The notes under the pieces are model-generated. The model was not told where the DNA came from, did not search any database, and saw nothing but the letters and a program-made list of their open reading frames with translations. Shown piece by piece: positions 9,163 to 19,100 of a stretch of 39,609 bases of DNA; position 1 is the first letter of the stretch, and each line of letters starts with the position of its first letter. The translations under genes were made by a program, and so were the position numbers. The DNA comes from a virus (Duplodnaviria; Caudoviricetes): positions 1-39,609 of the IMG/VR virus record IMGVR_UViG_3300032335_000729; one strand, 5' to 3'.

Positions 9163-10944
9163 TTATAGTAAATCAAATCTTTCTAAATATTCCTGCACGT
9201 CTTTGGGCATGGGTTTATATTGTATCACATTGTCTGGCAGGGTGTCAACTTGCTTTGGCCTATCTCTAAAAGTATGAACCTCTACCTCAAGGTTTTGGTC
9301 TCTTGGTGTGTGAGATATTGCACCAAAGACTGCTCCACAAACAGCATCCGCCAAGTCTTTTGAAAGTTTTCTTGGGTGGTCAACACGATTATTTTTCATA
9401 ATCTTTAATTCTGTTAGCTCTTCAAACAAAAGTTCAATTGCTGGCATAGCTAATCTTTCTTCGTAAATAAGCATAGCCATATCTTCATAATGTTTTTTAG
9501 CAACAGACACTGTTTCAGTTTTCATTCCAACAGACTTTAGCTCATTCTGGATATCAAATGATTGCCAGCGGTCAAATGATACCATTCCGATATCAAAGCC
9601 TTGGCGTCTTAAATTCTGAATCCATTGTTTAACCTCAGAAAGGTTTACAGGACCTTCTACTTTTGGCTCCCAATAAACAACAGCATCTACAATTACCATT
9701 GGCACTACTTGCTCATAATCTTTCATGACCTGAACAGATACCCATTTTTCTACGTGAGCAATTGCTACTGCACACTTGTCATGCTTTTGTGCAAGGTCAG
9801 CATGAACAAAATATTTCTTATTCGGATCTGGCTTGAAAGCTTCATCGAATCTTTTAGCAGAGTCTATAGGGTTTCTAATGGTCATACAGGCACGAACCTT
9901 ATCTCTTTGCTTAAAGAATGCATCAGAGGCAAAAGTTGGAACACATGCAAATCTTTGCATTGCATCGCCCATGTCTGTATAAAAAGCTAGCTTGAAGTCA
10001 TCAATCTGTCTTGTTGGATTTACTACCCAGGTTGGACGCTTTAAGGCGAATACCCCTGGATATTTGTAGGAAGTAATAATATCTTCTTCCCACTCAATCT
10101 CCAAGGAGTTTCCATCAGCATCTTCAGGCAGATCAGGGTTCATAATAAACTTGTGTGTTTTTTGGATACTGTCTTTCTCAGCAATGACAGAATCATATCT
10201 TTGAGATATAAAGTCTCCTGGAAAACGTGGGAAGGACAGTAGGGCTACCTTGCCAAGATCTGGGAAACGAGAATCTACAGAAGCACGGAAAGCCTTATAA
10301 ATATTATCTGCTGTTTTACCCTGGTCATTTCCAGTTCCAATCTCTTGAGCAAAACCAGAAATCTCATCTAGAACTGCCAGGATAAGGTTAAGTCCCTCGT
10401 GAGACTCACGCTCCGAGTGTCCAGAATAAACTGTGATTGATTTATCAAACTCAATCGATTCTGCCTTTGCATAAAACTTTCCAGCAAACCATGGAGATCT
10501 TTCTATCTTTGATTTAAATCCCTTGAAGAAAACGTTCTTAGCCTGTTGGGCGTTAATAGCTACGTTAATAATATCGATCGCATCTCCAGCAGGTTTTCCG
10601 AAATATCTTGCTGGATCCTTAAGGCAAAGCAACTTATACACAATATAAGAACATGCTACAGTAGAGGTAAAGTCTTTTCCAGATCCCTTGCCAAGCTGTA
10701 GGATAACTTCATTTTTTGTATATTTTTTATAATACCTGGTACCTTCTTCTGCACCCATTAAATCTATCAAGTCTTCTAGCTTGTAAATTTGACTCATGGC
10801 TTCAACAATGTCATACTGAACATCGGAAAGCGGCGGCTGACCAAGAAAGTCTTCGCCCTCTACAAATGTCTTTGCGTCTACTGGAGTCTCTTCAAAGTTA
10901 TTATCTTTAAGAACCTCTAAGAACTCATCAAACATCGTTGACAA
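9163..10944 (-). CDS. terL: Terminase large subunit
   Basis: Walker A GKGSGKD, Walker B LAVLDE, coupling motif LSFP, RNase H-fold HADLA, SFDRWQS and DH...SKDLADA. Confidence 0.92.
   Translation of the reverse strand: MSTMFDEFLEVLKDNNFEETPVDAKTFVEGEDFLGQPPLSDVQYDIVEAMSQIYKLEDLIDLMGAEEGTRYYKKYTKNEVILQLGKGSGKDFTSTVACSYIVYKLLCLKDPARYFGKPAGDAIDIINVAINAQQAKNVFFKGFKSKIERSPWFAGKFYAKAESIEFDKSITVYSGHSERESHEGLNLILAVLDEISGFAQEIGTGNDQGKTADNIYKAFRASVDSRFPDLGKVALLSFPRFPGDFISQRYDSVIAEKDSIQKTHKFIMNPDLPEDADGNSLEIEWEEDIITSYKYPGVFALKRPTWVVNPTRQIDDFKLAFYTDMGDAMQRFACVPTFASDAFFKQRDKVRACMTIRNPIDSAKRFDEAFKPDPNKKYFVHADLAQKHDKCAVAIAHVEKWVSVQVMKDYEQVVPMVIVDAVVYWEPKVEGPVNLSEVKQWIQNLRRQGFDIGMVSFDRWQSFDIQNELKSVGMKTETVSVAKKHYEDMAMLIYEERLAMPAIELLFEELTELKIMKNNRVDHPRKLSKDLADAVCGAVFGAISHTPRDQNLEVEVHTFRDRPKQVDTLPDNVIQYKPMPKDVQEYLERFDLL
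9219..9248 (-). promoter_or_regulatory. Promoter embedded in the terL 3' end
   Basis: TTGACA (9248-9243), N18, TACAAT (9224-9219) with extended TG. Confidence 0.75.
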
Positions 10945-11461
10945 CCGTTATAACCTCTCGCTCTTTTGAAACAGCAGAAAGCCTTCTCATAATCTCATCA
11001 CGAATTTGTGGATACTCTGATGCAATATCTTTTAAGATTCCAACCAAGATTTCTTGCTTACGCTCAATCTCTAGCATTTCTTCTGCAAGCTCTTTGTTTT
11101 CAAGTAGTCCAGCCTTTTGCAGCATATCAATTCTTTTTGCCTCAATGTCTAGCACTAGCTTGATTGCAGAAGTCTTAGCACTCAGGTTAGCTGATGTTGT
11201 TGCGTCATCGATAACCTCATACGCCTTAGTGATTAGCTTATTATAATGAGTGTCTGCTCCGACCAAAGCTTCCTTTGCTCTTGCTCTAATTGCAGCATTG
11301 TCTGAGGCCATCTGCCTCCACTCAGTAATATAAGCAACGACCTTTTGTCTTGGCATAGAAAGCTCTTTTGATATTTGTGTTGGGTCATTGCCCTTAAGGT
11401 ATTCTTCAACAACCTTGTTTACTTGATCTAAATGCTCAATTAGGTTATCTTCGGTTGACAT
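10928..11461 (-). CDS. Probable terminase small subunit (N-terminal HTH, helical)
   Basis: YLKG..PTQISKELSM HTH followed by coiled helices; overlaps the terL start. Confidence 0.6.
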   Translation of the reverse strand: MSTEDNLIEHLDQVNKVVEEYLKGNDPTQISKELSMPRQKVVAYITEWRQMASDNAAIRARAKEALVGADTHYNKLITKAYEVIDDATTSANLSAKTSAIKLVLDIEAKRIDMLQKAGLLENKELAEEMLEIERKQEILVGILKDIASEYPQIRDEIMRRLSAVSKEREVITVVNDV

Positions 11462-11732
11462 TTTTCCTACCCCTCTTTATTGGTATAAGCTTAATTCTAT
11501 CAGGTCTGAACGATCTCCATGCAGAGGCAACTGCCTTGTCCATCTCAAAACAGTCTATCCAGATAGCCCCAGTTTCTTTGTTTGTAACCAAGCTATTAAA
11601 CCTAAACTTCGATCCGTGTTCTCCATGAATCTTAATTATATCGCCAGCAATGATTAATCTTCCATTAACCAAAATCTCTCCGACCCTATCAAACTTGGTC
11701 TCTTTTACTGGGGCATTTCTTTTAGTGTTCAT
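11445..11732 (-). CDS. Hypothetical protein (small beta-rich, basic)
   Basis: ORF overlapping both neighbours; ATG 11732 preferred over TTG 11753. Confidence 0.7.
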   Translation of the reverse strand: MNTKRNAPVKETKFDRVGEILVNGRLIIAGDIIKIHGEHGSKFRFNSLVTNKETGAIWIDCFEMDKAVASAWRSFRPDRIKLIPIKRGRKNVNRR

Positions 11733-11997
11733 CAGAATATCTTTCTTTGGCAATCTTTAATAAAATTAAATATCCTAGTAGGTCGTCAATCTCGTTATCC
11801 CCTGGCCAATCGTGACCATTTTGTATGCGTGAAAGCTTGTCATCAATACGAACAAGAAGCTGCTCTACATTATCTGCCTTTGAAAATATTCTTGAAGGAT
11901 GCAGAGCTGAGTCTCCATAAGACCTATTCTTAGAAATCAATAATTCTTTTACTTGATCTGTAACTCTTTCAATATCTTTTTCTGTTTGTGCACTCAT
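11722..11997 (-). CDS. DUF1599 / nucleotide-modification-associated domain 1 protein (all-alpha NTP pyrophosphatase-like)
   Basis: KNRSYGDS...VRIDDKLSRI...DDLLGYLIL pattern; SD AGGAGG. Confidence 0.75.
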   Translation of the reverse strand: MSAQTEKDIERVTDQVKELLISKNRSYGDSALHPSRIFSKADNVEQLLVRIDDKLSRIQNGHDWPGDNEIDDLLGYLILLKIAKERYSDEH

Positions 11998-12149
11998 CTT
12001 CTAGACCTCCTTAATTTAAATTTAGCTAGATAGACATAAATTGTCTCTAGGCTTGTTCCGCATTCTTTTGCAATTTCTTCTGGAGTTTTCTTGTCCAACC
12101 AGTACCTCTTTTTTAGCCAGGCCTCATTAGTATACAGCTTACTTGCCAT
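11994..12149 (-). CDS. 51-aa helix-turn-helix DNA-binding protein (not in ORF track)
   Basis: MASKLYTNEAWLKKRYWLDKKTPEEIAKECGTSLETIYVYLAKFKLRRSRR*; HTH pattern EEIAKECG.S.ETI; ATGA overlap with the next gene. Confidence 0.85.
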   Translation of the reverse strand: MASKLYTNEAWLKKRYWLDKKTPEEIAKECGTSLETIYVYLAKFKLRRSRR

Positions 12150-12151
12150 TT

Positions 12152-12727
12152 TTACAAGCCAACTTTCTGTAAGTTACTAACTGCATAATGACCTATTGCA
12201 ACTGCATCCGCTACGTCATTATCAGAAATGTTTTTATCGTAATAAGCATTAACAAACCTAATGGTTTTTTGTTTTCTTGCTTCTCTCTCAATTGACTTTA
12301 AGGTTGAAGCAGCTTTCCCAGGATTTGCATTTGCAATTTCAAGCTTCTCTGGGGTTGTCAATTTTTTATTTCCGATATAGTTTTGCCAGGTTATTGGGCT
12401 GACAGATCCAAACTTCTTGATACCAAGCATCCTTGCTGCACCCAGAAGCCCACCCTGAACTAGGGCAAGGTCAGCTGCTGTCTTTGGGCTATTCATAAAA
12501 ACTGTATGCTCAATAACGATTGCATCAATATCAAAGTTTTTTAAAAAGGCAAAGGACTTTCTGGCAGCATCACCAACTTTAGCGTAGGTATCAATACCAG
12601 CAAATTTTATCTTTCCAGAAGCTACCAATTGCTTGTCATTAAATATTGCAAACGCAAGGCTATTAGTGCTAGCATCTATGGCACAAATATTTTTAACTGG
12701 ATTGCTCAAAAGACTAACCTTTACCAT
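12152..12727 (-). CDS. RuvC-like Holliday junction resolvase
   Basis: AIDASTNSLAFA, IVIEH and DVADA acidic RNase H-fold residues. Confidence 0.85.
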   Translation of the reverse strand: MVKVSLLSNPVKNICAIDASTNSLAFAIFNDKQLVASGKIKFAGIDTYAKVGDAARKSFAFLKNFDIDAIVIEHTVFMNSPKTAADLALVQGGLLGAARMLGIKKFGSVSPITWQNYIGNKKLTTPEKLEIANANPGKAASTLKSIEREARKQKTIRFVNAYYDKNISDNDVADAVAIGHYAVSNLQKVGL

Positions 12728-12998
12728 TAGACAACCTTTTTATATCTTTTAGTACACTAGATATCTCTATAGGATTTATTAGGCACTTGCTACAAATCGG
12801 GTCATCGTTATAGATTGATAAGTTTTGATCGCAGGTCTTGCATTTTCTAACTTTTCCTGTTCTACGACTAATTCGAGAAAGCTGATATCTCTCAGCAATC
12901 TTTTCCTTAGTTGCAGCATCCCTGCATTCCGCAGAGCAGTATATCTGATAAGAAACGGTTGCTTCAAAACCTGAATCACACCATTGACAATGTTTCAT
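12714..12998 (-). CDS. Zn-finger protein (CxxC, YCSxxC, CxxC, CxxC)
   Basis: CQWC, YCSAEC, CKTC, CSKC. Confidence 0.8.
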   Translation of the reverse strand: MKHCQWCDSGFEATVSYQIYCSAECRDAATKEKIAERYQLSRISRRTGKVRKCKTCDQNLSIYNDDPICSKCLINPIEISSVLKDIKRLSNGKG

Positions 12999-13782
12999 CT
13001 AAAGACTCCAAAGATTTAATCTTAATCTCTCCAGAGCCTGCTAGATCACAAGTTGCCCGAATTGGACAAGTCTTACAAATTTTTGAATTGGACCTATAGT
13101 TTTTCTCAGGCAGGGTTTTGTTTTCCCAAGCCTTTCTGACTGTTCTCATCCAATCAAAAGCGTTCTCTACCCACTTATAAGAATACTCATTTAATTCTAC
13201 AGGAAAAATCAAAAGTTCGTGATTATTCTTGTTTTCATAAATAAGGATTGCCTTGCTTTTGTTTAGTACCTTCATGTAAATCAATAGCTGGATTAGGTGG
13301 CCAGCTTTTGGTTTACCCGCAAGTTTACGATACTCAAAGCCTTCATTTGGCATTGTTTTAATTTCGCCAAGAAGGTCTTCATTTTCCCATTCTAAGATTA
13401 CATCTCCATAGCCAAAGATTGGTGGATCTGAGTATGCAATCTTGAATTCGGAATTCTTTAGGATTCCAGCGTCTTCCATAGCCTGCTGAATTCTTTCATG
13501 AGACTTTGTTCCAGCTGTCATGTTAGCTCCGCCATAGGCGTCTGCGTTATCCTCAAACATTGCACCCTCAAATGCCAGGTACCAGTATCTTGGACATTCT
13601 CCATGAGAATAGGCAATAGTGCTTGGGGCAAATGTCTTTTTGGTCTGGAACTTATCTACACGCTTAACAGTGTAACCAGACTTAATCTTTTCAATTAGTG
13701 CCTCCTTGTCCACGAAAGATGGACGAGACATAATCTTTTCTTCTGTTTTAAGCATTACTTGTTGCAATAAACTTTTTGTCAT
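12976..13782 (-). CDS. Cas4-like PD-(D/E)XK exonuclease with probable Fe-S cluster
   Basis: ECPR, GTKSH, GYGD..EIKT, QLLIYM and C-terminal CKTCPIRATC (1+3 Cys staple). Confidence 0.85.
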   Translation of the reverse strand: MTKSLLQQVMLKTEEKIMSRPSFVDKEALIEKIKSGYTVKRVDKFQTKKTFAPSTIAYSHGECPRYWYLAFEGAMFEDNADAYGGANMTAGTKSHERIQQAMEDAGILKNSEFKIAYSDPPIFGYGDVILEWENEDLLGEIKTMPNEGFEYRKLAGKPKAGHLIQLLIYMKVLNKSKAILIYENKNNHELLIFPVELNEYSYKWVENAFDWMRTVRKAWENKTLPEKNYRSNSKICKTCPIRATCDLAGSGEIKIKSLESLDETLSMV

Positions 13783-13809
13783 TTTAAAAACTCTTTTCTA
13801 TATCCTTCT

Positions 13810-13838
13810 AGTATACACTATCTGGCAATATATTTCAG
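13810..13838 (-). promoter_or_regulatory. Probable promoter upstream of the exonuclease gene
   Basis: CTGAAA, N17, TATACT (13815-13810); shares GTGTATACT with the 2681 promoter. Confidence 0.5.
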
Positions 13839-14117
13839 GGCGGACACTAGGTTGTTGATTGATTCTGCTGCTGTATAGTACAGGTTCTTCTTGCCCCTAT
13901 CGCTTTTATCGACATTGGCCATCCAGGTTGCCTTAAATGCCATCTTGGCTGCGATTGCTTGCAATCTAACTATCTCTACGGTCACTACGTTTAGTGGGAT
14001 ATCTGGCTTTAGAATTACCTTAGCAATAAACGTGAGGGCTGTATTAAGCTCCTCATCATTCATATACTCTGCAATCTCTGCTAGGCCATTAATTGATTCA
14101 ATTGTTGTCTGTTCCAT
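13818..14117 (-). CDS. Hypothetical helical protein
   Basis: ORF in the recombination block; ATG 14117 avoids overlap with the upstream gene. Confidence 0.75.
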   Translation of the reverse strand: MEQTTIESINGLAEIAEYMNDEELNTALTFIAKVILKPDIPLNVVTVEIVRLQAIAAKMAFKATWMANVDKSDRGKKNLYYTAAESINNLVSALKYIAR

Positions 14118-14127
14118 TTTCTTCTTT

Positions 14128-14415
14128 CTAGTTTTCTCCATTGATAAGCTGTTCAAGAATTGACATTTCGATGACGGCTAGGCGTGTCTTGATTCCAGAC
14201 TCTCCCAAAACAACAACAATAGCTGGGTCATTGCCATTTCTAATGGCGTCTGTGGTTGCTTTAGCCCAAACATCTTTATTCAAAGTAAAAGATTTTCCAA
14301 CCTCTTTAAAGTCTATAGTAAAGCTTTCCCATGAGGCATCACCCTTGTGATTGCCTCTGCCAGAATTCTTATGCTGCTTTGCACCAATTCTTTTACTTTC
14401 ACTTTTTTCAGACAT
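14128..14415 (-). CDS. Small PD-(D/E)XK nuclease, Hjc-like resolvase
   Basis: SE..E, NSGRG..KGD, IDFKE and W.K...DA pattern. Confidence 0.7.
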   Translation of the reverse strand: MSEKSESKRIGAKQHKNSGRGNHKGDASWESFTIDFKEVGKSFTLNKDVWAKATTDAIRNGNDPAIVVVLGESGIKTRLAVIEMSILEQLINGEN

Positions 14416-14578
14416 AATCTTTTTTACTTTTCTTTATGTTTAGCTTTACCGTGCTTATGTGTTTTTCTGGACACATCCAAGTTACTTCATGTGTTTCCGA
14501 ATAAAGCCTTAAAGATGTTACTTCCACCTTACAGGTGTGGCAAGGAAACTTACCACTATAAACGGTATACTTAGCCAT
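14408..14578 (-). CDS. 56-aa Zn-ribbon protein (not in ORF track)
   Basis: MAKYTVYSGKFPCHTCKVEVTSLRLYSETHEVTWMCPEKHISTVKLNIKKSKKDYV*; CxxC...CxxxH; fills the gap with short overlaps on both sides. Confidence 0.8.
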   Translation of the reverse strand: MAKYTVYSGKFPCHTCKVEVTSLRLYSETHEVTWMCPEKHISTVKLNIKKSKKDYV

Positions 14579-15578
14579 TAAGCTTTTCCTTGATTGATTC
14601 CTGAAGCTCTAAATCTTCTCTAACACGATTAACAAATCCATCCCTACCCTGGACCTTTGAACCATCTGGGAGCACGTACCAGGCTCCTGTACGTTCTACA
14701 ATTCCTGCTAATTCTGCTGTGTCAACCAGATCACCAATAGAGTCAACACCCAGGCGATCACCACGGAAATAGAAGTCATACTCGCCAGATTGGAAAGCAG
14801 GACTAGTTTTAGAGAACTGAATTTCCCAACGAACTTTTCTTCCAACCTTTTCTTCAATTAGTTTGTCTCCTACCTTGATCTTTCCCTTGATTGCTTGATT
14901 GTCTGACTCAGATGAAAAAAGCTTAATAACAGTCGAGGAATAAAATTTAGTAGCCTGGCCACCAGATGGCTGCTGACTAGTATACATAGCACTAATATTA
15001 TTTCTAGACTGAGAAATAAGAACGAGCATCGTTGGCTTAACTTTGTTATTAGCATAATTTAACATCTTCCATGCATTGCTAAAGTCTCTAGATTCTGCAC
15101 CAATCTGCTTGGTATTTTCAAGCTCCTTTAGCTCATCTGTACCTTTTTCAAAATAAATTGCAGGAAGTAGCGAAGTAATGGAGTCAACAACAATTATGTC
15201 TACCCCAGCATTCATTAAGCTTGTCCCCACGTCTACCATCTCATTAATAGTTCTTGCCTGTGACACGATAAGGTTATCTGTGTCTACACCCATAGACTTT
15301 GCCCACTCTTCTGAATAAGACATTTCAGCATCGATCCAGGCACATAGCTTGCCTTCCTTTTGAGCTTCGCCAATCATCTGAAGGCATAGAGAAGACTTGG
15401 CACTTGACTTGCTGCCCCAAATAAGAACCTGTCTTCCAAGCGGTAACCCACCAGCTAGAGCACGATTCATTCCAAAGCTTGGAGTCTTTATATGCTCAAT
15501 CTTAAAGCCAACTCCACTAGATAAACGCTTCCTAATCCTAGGATCTAGGGCTGCTAGAGCTTCTTCCATTGTTGTCAT
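14571..15578 (-). CDS. recA: RecA/UvsX-like recombinase
   Basis: GGLPLGR, P-loop GSKSSAKSS, WIDAE, IVVDSI, ISQ.R and SGG.A.KFYSS. Confidence 0.92.
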   Translation of the reverse strand: MTTMEEALAALDPRIRKRLSSGVGFKIEHIKTPSFGMNRALAGGLPLGRQVLIWGSKSSAKSSLCLQMIGEAQKEGKLCAWIDAEMSYSEEWAKSMGVDTDNLIVSQARTINEMVDVGTSLMNAGVDIIVVDSITSLLPAIYFEKGTDELKELENTKQIGAESRDFSNAWKMLNYANNKVKPTMLVLISQSRNNISAMYTSQQPSGGQATKFYSSTVIKLFSSESDNQAIKGKIKVGDKLIEEKVGRKVRWEIQFSKTSPAFQSGEYDFYFRGDRLGVDSIGDLVDTAELAGIVERTGAWYVLPDGSKVQGRDGFVNRVREDLELQESIKEKLNG

Positions 15579-15799
15579 TAGTCTGCCAATCCTGAAATCT
15601 TTTCTGGATTAAAACCAGACCAAGAATCATTATCTGTAATTACTACTGGAGCTGATTTAAAGCCCTTAGAGACTATCATGTCGAATGCTTCTGAGTCAGT
15701 GGTTATGTCTACAGTTGAGTATTCAATCTTAAGCTTGTCCATCATTCTTTTTGTTGCATCACACTGTACGCATGACGGCTTGGTGTATACAGTAACCAT
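15578..15799 (-). CDS. nrdH: Glutaredoxin-like NrdH redoxin
   Basis: VYTKPSCVQC, APVV and WSGF.P motifs. Confidence 0.95.
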   Translation of the reverse strand: MVTVYTKPSCVQCDATKRMMDKLKIEYSTVDITTDSEAFDMIVSKGFKSAPVVITDNDSWSGFNPEKISGLAD

Positions 15800-16125
15800 T
15801 AAAATTTTACTCCATGTCTTTCTGGTCTCGATTTATTAAAATTAGTTTTATTATTTATTGCAGCCTGTAAGGTTGCATCAACATATCCATTATCTACTAA
15901 GCCCTGATATAAATCAAGTGTCCTAATAATAATGTCTGCCATTTCGCTTGAGACTTCTTGCCTTCCCTTGTCCTTACGAATAGCTTCCATAACCTCTACA
16001 GCTTCTGATACAATCATCATTAGTTGCTTAGTTATGAAGATATCGTCAACCTTGTCAGGCCAGAATCCTTTTTCTACAGCAGTACCATGAATTTCGTTTG
16101 CCATTTCATCCAAGTCTTTATACAT
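15799..16125 (-). CDS. MazG-like nucleotide pyrophosphohydrolase
   Basis: KGFW, SEAVEVMEA..K, EMAD..IR..D, K..N..RP.RHG. Confidence 0.85.
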   Translation of the reverse strand: MYKDLDEMANEIHGTAVEKGFWPDKVDDIFITKQLMMIVSEAVEVMEAIRKDKGRQEVSSEMADIIIRTLDLYQGLVDNGYVDATLQAAINNKTNFNKSRPERHGVKF

Positions 16126-19100
16126 TTTCTACATCCTCCATAATTACTGTTCCATCTTTTGTTTTACCAAAACTAAATTTATAAGCAGATCCTTCTTGGA
16201 TTTTCATATAAGCTTTTGGAAAAGCTGTAGGGAATACTGTTACAGAATGCAAGTCTCTTGCCGTATCTGCTAATGTTAGCGATGCCATCTTTTTTCCAGC
16301 CTTAGTAATTCTAGGCTTAAATGATACCACAAACATTTCATCGTCTTTGTATGGCAACTGCTTATACCCTAGAAATTTAACAAGTCCACTTTCAGACTGC
16401 TTAATTTCATCCACAGGGATAGCAGTAACAATCCGATTGTTATCACATAGAAGGAGATAGCTCCTACCAGGCTCAATACTCGTTTGCTCTTCATCAAATA
16501 TTCCTACACTTCCAGTTTTATCTAAGATCTCTACACGAGACCAACCCTTGCCACGCTTGATTGACTTTATCATCCCCATCAAAACAAACGCACCCTTTTC
16601 TTCAAAGTCTTCGACAGAGTTAATGAATGCATAATAGTGAGATGGCACTGTAATGTTAAACTCTGGAAGATTAAGATATTCATACAGGTTTTCCTTAATC
16701 TCATCATCGTTTCTTGGCTGGTCCTCAAAAGTTGCAGCACCAATCACACGCAAAGCCTGAAGCGATCTACTGTTGACTCCGCTACCCTTAGTGAATGTAA
16801 ATTCTTCTAGATGCTTGTAATTCTTGAATGGCCTTGCAGCAATATACTTTGATGCAATGTTATCGGAGATATACTTAATTGCAGTCAAGCCAAAACGAAT
16901 ACCCTTGCCTTCAATCTTAAAGTCTGCATCTGAGTCATTAACGTGTGGAAGCTTAATTGCAATCCCCATACGCTTTGCCTCAATCAAGTACTCTGTTCTT
17001 GCATCCTTGTCTTTTTCATTCTTAAGCAAAGAATACATGAACTCTAGTGGGTAATAGTACTTTAGCCATGCTGTCCAGTAAGACAGCGTTGAATAAGCCA
17101 CGGCGTGGGACTTGTTAAAGGAATACCCAGCATGGGCCTCAAAGTCCGTCCACAGGTCTAGAGCGGCGTTTGGAGTAAGGAATCTAGAGGCTCCAGCTAC
17201 GAACTGGTCCTTAAACTGGTCAAACTCCTTGGCATCCTTTTTCTTACCAATAATCTTACGAACCTTATCAGCTTCAGCCATAGTCATACCACCAAGCTCT
17301 GTACACGCCTGCATAACCTGTTCCTGATACAAGATGCATCCGTAAGTATCTTGTGTAAATGCCTTCATTACCTGGTGGTGATAACTAATATTTTGCTTAC
17401 CATGCTTACGAGCAATATAGTCTTTACCAATGGTATTCATGGCACCTGGACGAACAAGAGCATTAGAAGCAGCTAACTCGTTAAAGCTTTTTACACCCAT
17501 CTTAACTAGCAGATTTGTGTATGGCGTAGCTTCACATTGGAAGACTCCCTTTGTGTACCCTGAAGAAAGCATCTCATAGACTTTGTTGTCTTCCATATTT
17601 ACAGATAGAAGGTCAATCTTTTTCTTGTTTCTTTCTTCAATTATTTTGAGCGTATCTTGCAACACGCTAAGAGTTTTTAGACCAAGAGCATCAATCTTAA
17701 TTAAACCAATACGTTCTGCCTCTGCCATATCAACAGCTACCACAGGAATTCTTTCGTCAGACCCTGGAGAAGATCGTGTTTCCATTGGGGCATACCTAAA
17801 GATTGGCTCTTTTGATGTTACAACTCCTGCAGCATGGATTCCAGTACCACGAATTCGTCCACGCAATTGCTCTCCATACTTTTCAATTTCTGGATATTTT
17901 TGACGGAATTCTGCAGTAGATTTTGATGTGCAGTATTCGTCCCATGTGTCTACAAGCTTCATGACCCTGTTAACATCTGGCAATGGAATATTGAGCACAC
18001 GAGCAATATCTCGCACTACGCCCTTATCTTTAAATGATAAGAAGGTTGCGATTGATGCCACGTGACGATACTGTCTAACTAGATAGTCCTTAACTTCTTC
18101 ACGACGGTTATCCTGGATATCTGTATCAATATCTGGGAAGTCATTACGTTCTGGATTAATAAAGCGGAAGAATAGAAGACCGTGCTTAATTGGGTCAATG
18201 TCAGTAATGCCCAAGGTATAGCAAAGCAATGAACCAGCAGAAGATCCACGTCCTGGACCAACCATGATATCTTCCTTCTTTGCCCACGCAATCATGCTAC
18301 GAACAACTAGGAAGTATGGGCCAAAGTTTTTATCCTTAATAACCTTAAGCTCTTCATCAAGCCTTGCTAAATACTCTGGGTTATTTTCTAGACCTCTAGC
18401 CTTTAACCCCTCAAGTGCCAAAGACTTCAGCTCTCCGTCTGGATCTTGGTATTGTACTGGCAAAAGGTTTAGGTGGTCTTTAATTCCATAGTCCTGAATT
18501 TTATCTGCTACCTCTAGGGTATTAGAATACATGTCTGGACGATCAATGCCCTGAGCCTCCATTGCAGCTTTAATCTCTTCATGAGATAGTAGGTGGATAT
18601 CAAACTTGTTAAAGCTCATCTGTCTGTCTGCACCATAAAGGTAATCAAGTCTATCCATAAGACTCTCATACTTTTTTGATTTCTCGTACGTAGCATCCTT
18701 CTGGACCTTATTAGAATAGGTGTTGAGGATTAGCTTTAGTTCCTGGATCTCTTTCTGCCCAGTGTGTGAGTGATGGCAGTCTGGGGTTGCAATCATCTTT
18801 ACCCCGAATTCGTCAGCTAGCTGAACTAGTACATGATTAATTTCTGCAGCTGTATGCGGCATCATTTCAATGTAGTAGTCATCACCAAAGACATCCTTAA
18901 ACCATTTGATATGCTTCTTGGCTACAGCTAATTCTCCAGCTTCAATAGCTTTTGCTAGAACTCCAGATGGACATGCAGAAGAAACAATAATTCCCTCTTT
19001 GTATTTTTCTAGAACCTCATAGTCGATTCTAGGCTTCTTAAAGAATCCTTCTGTCCAAGCAATTTCATTTAGCTTGTTTAGATTCTCCAAACCCTTTTTG

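Noticed and set aside
12152-12727. TnpB/Cas12-type RNA-guided RuvC nuclease
   Set aside because: Only 191 aa with a contiguous resolvase layout and no adjacent non-coding space for a guide RNA.
12976-13782. CRISPR-Cas system suggested by the Cas4-like gene
   Set aside because: No repeat-spacer array or other cas genes; intergenic gaps are all under about 80 bp; solo Cas4-like nucleases are common in phage recombination modules.
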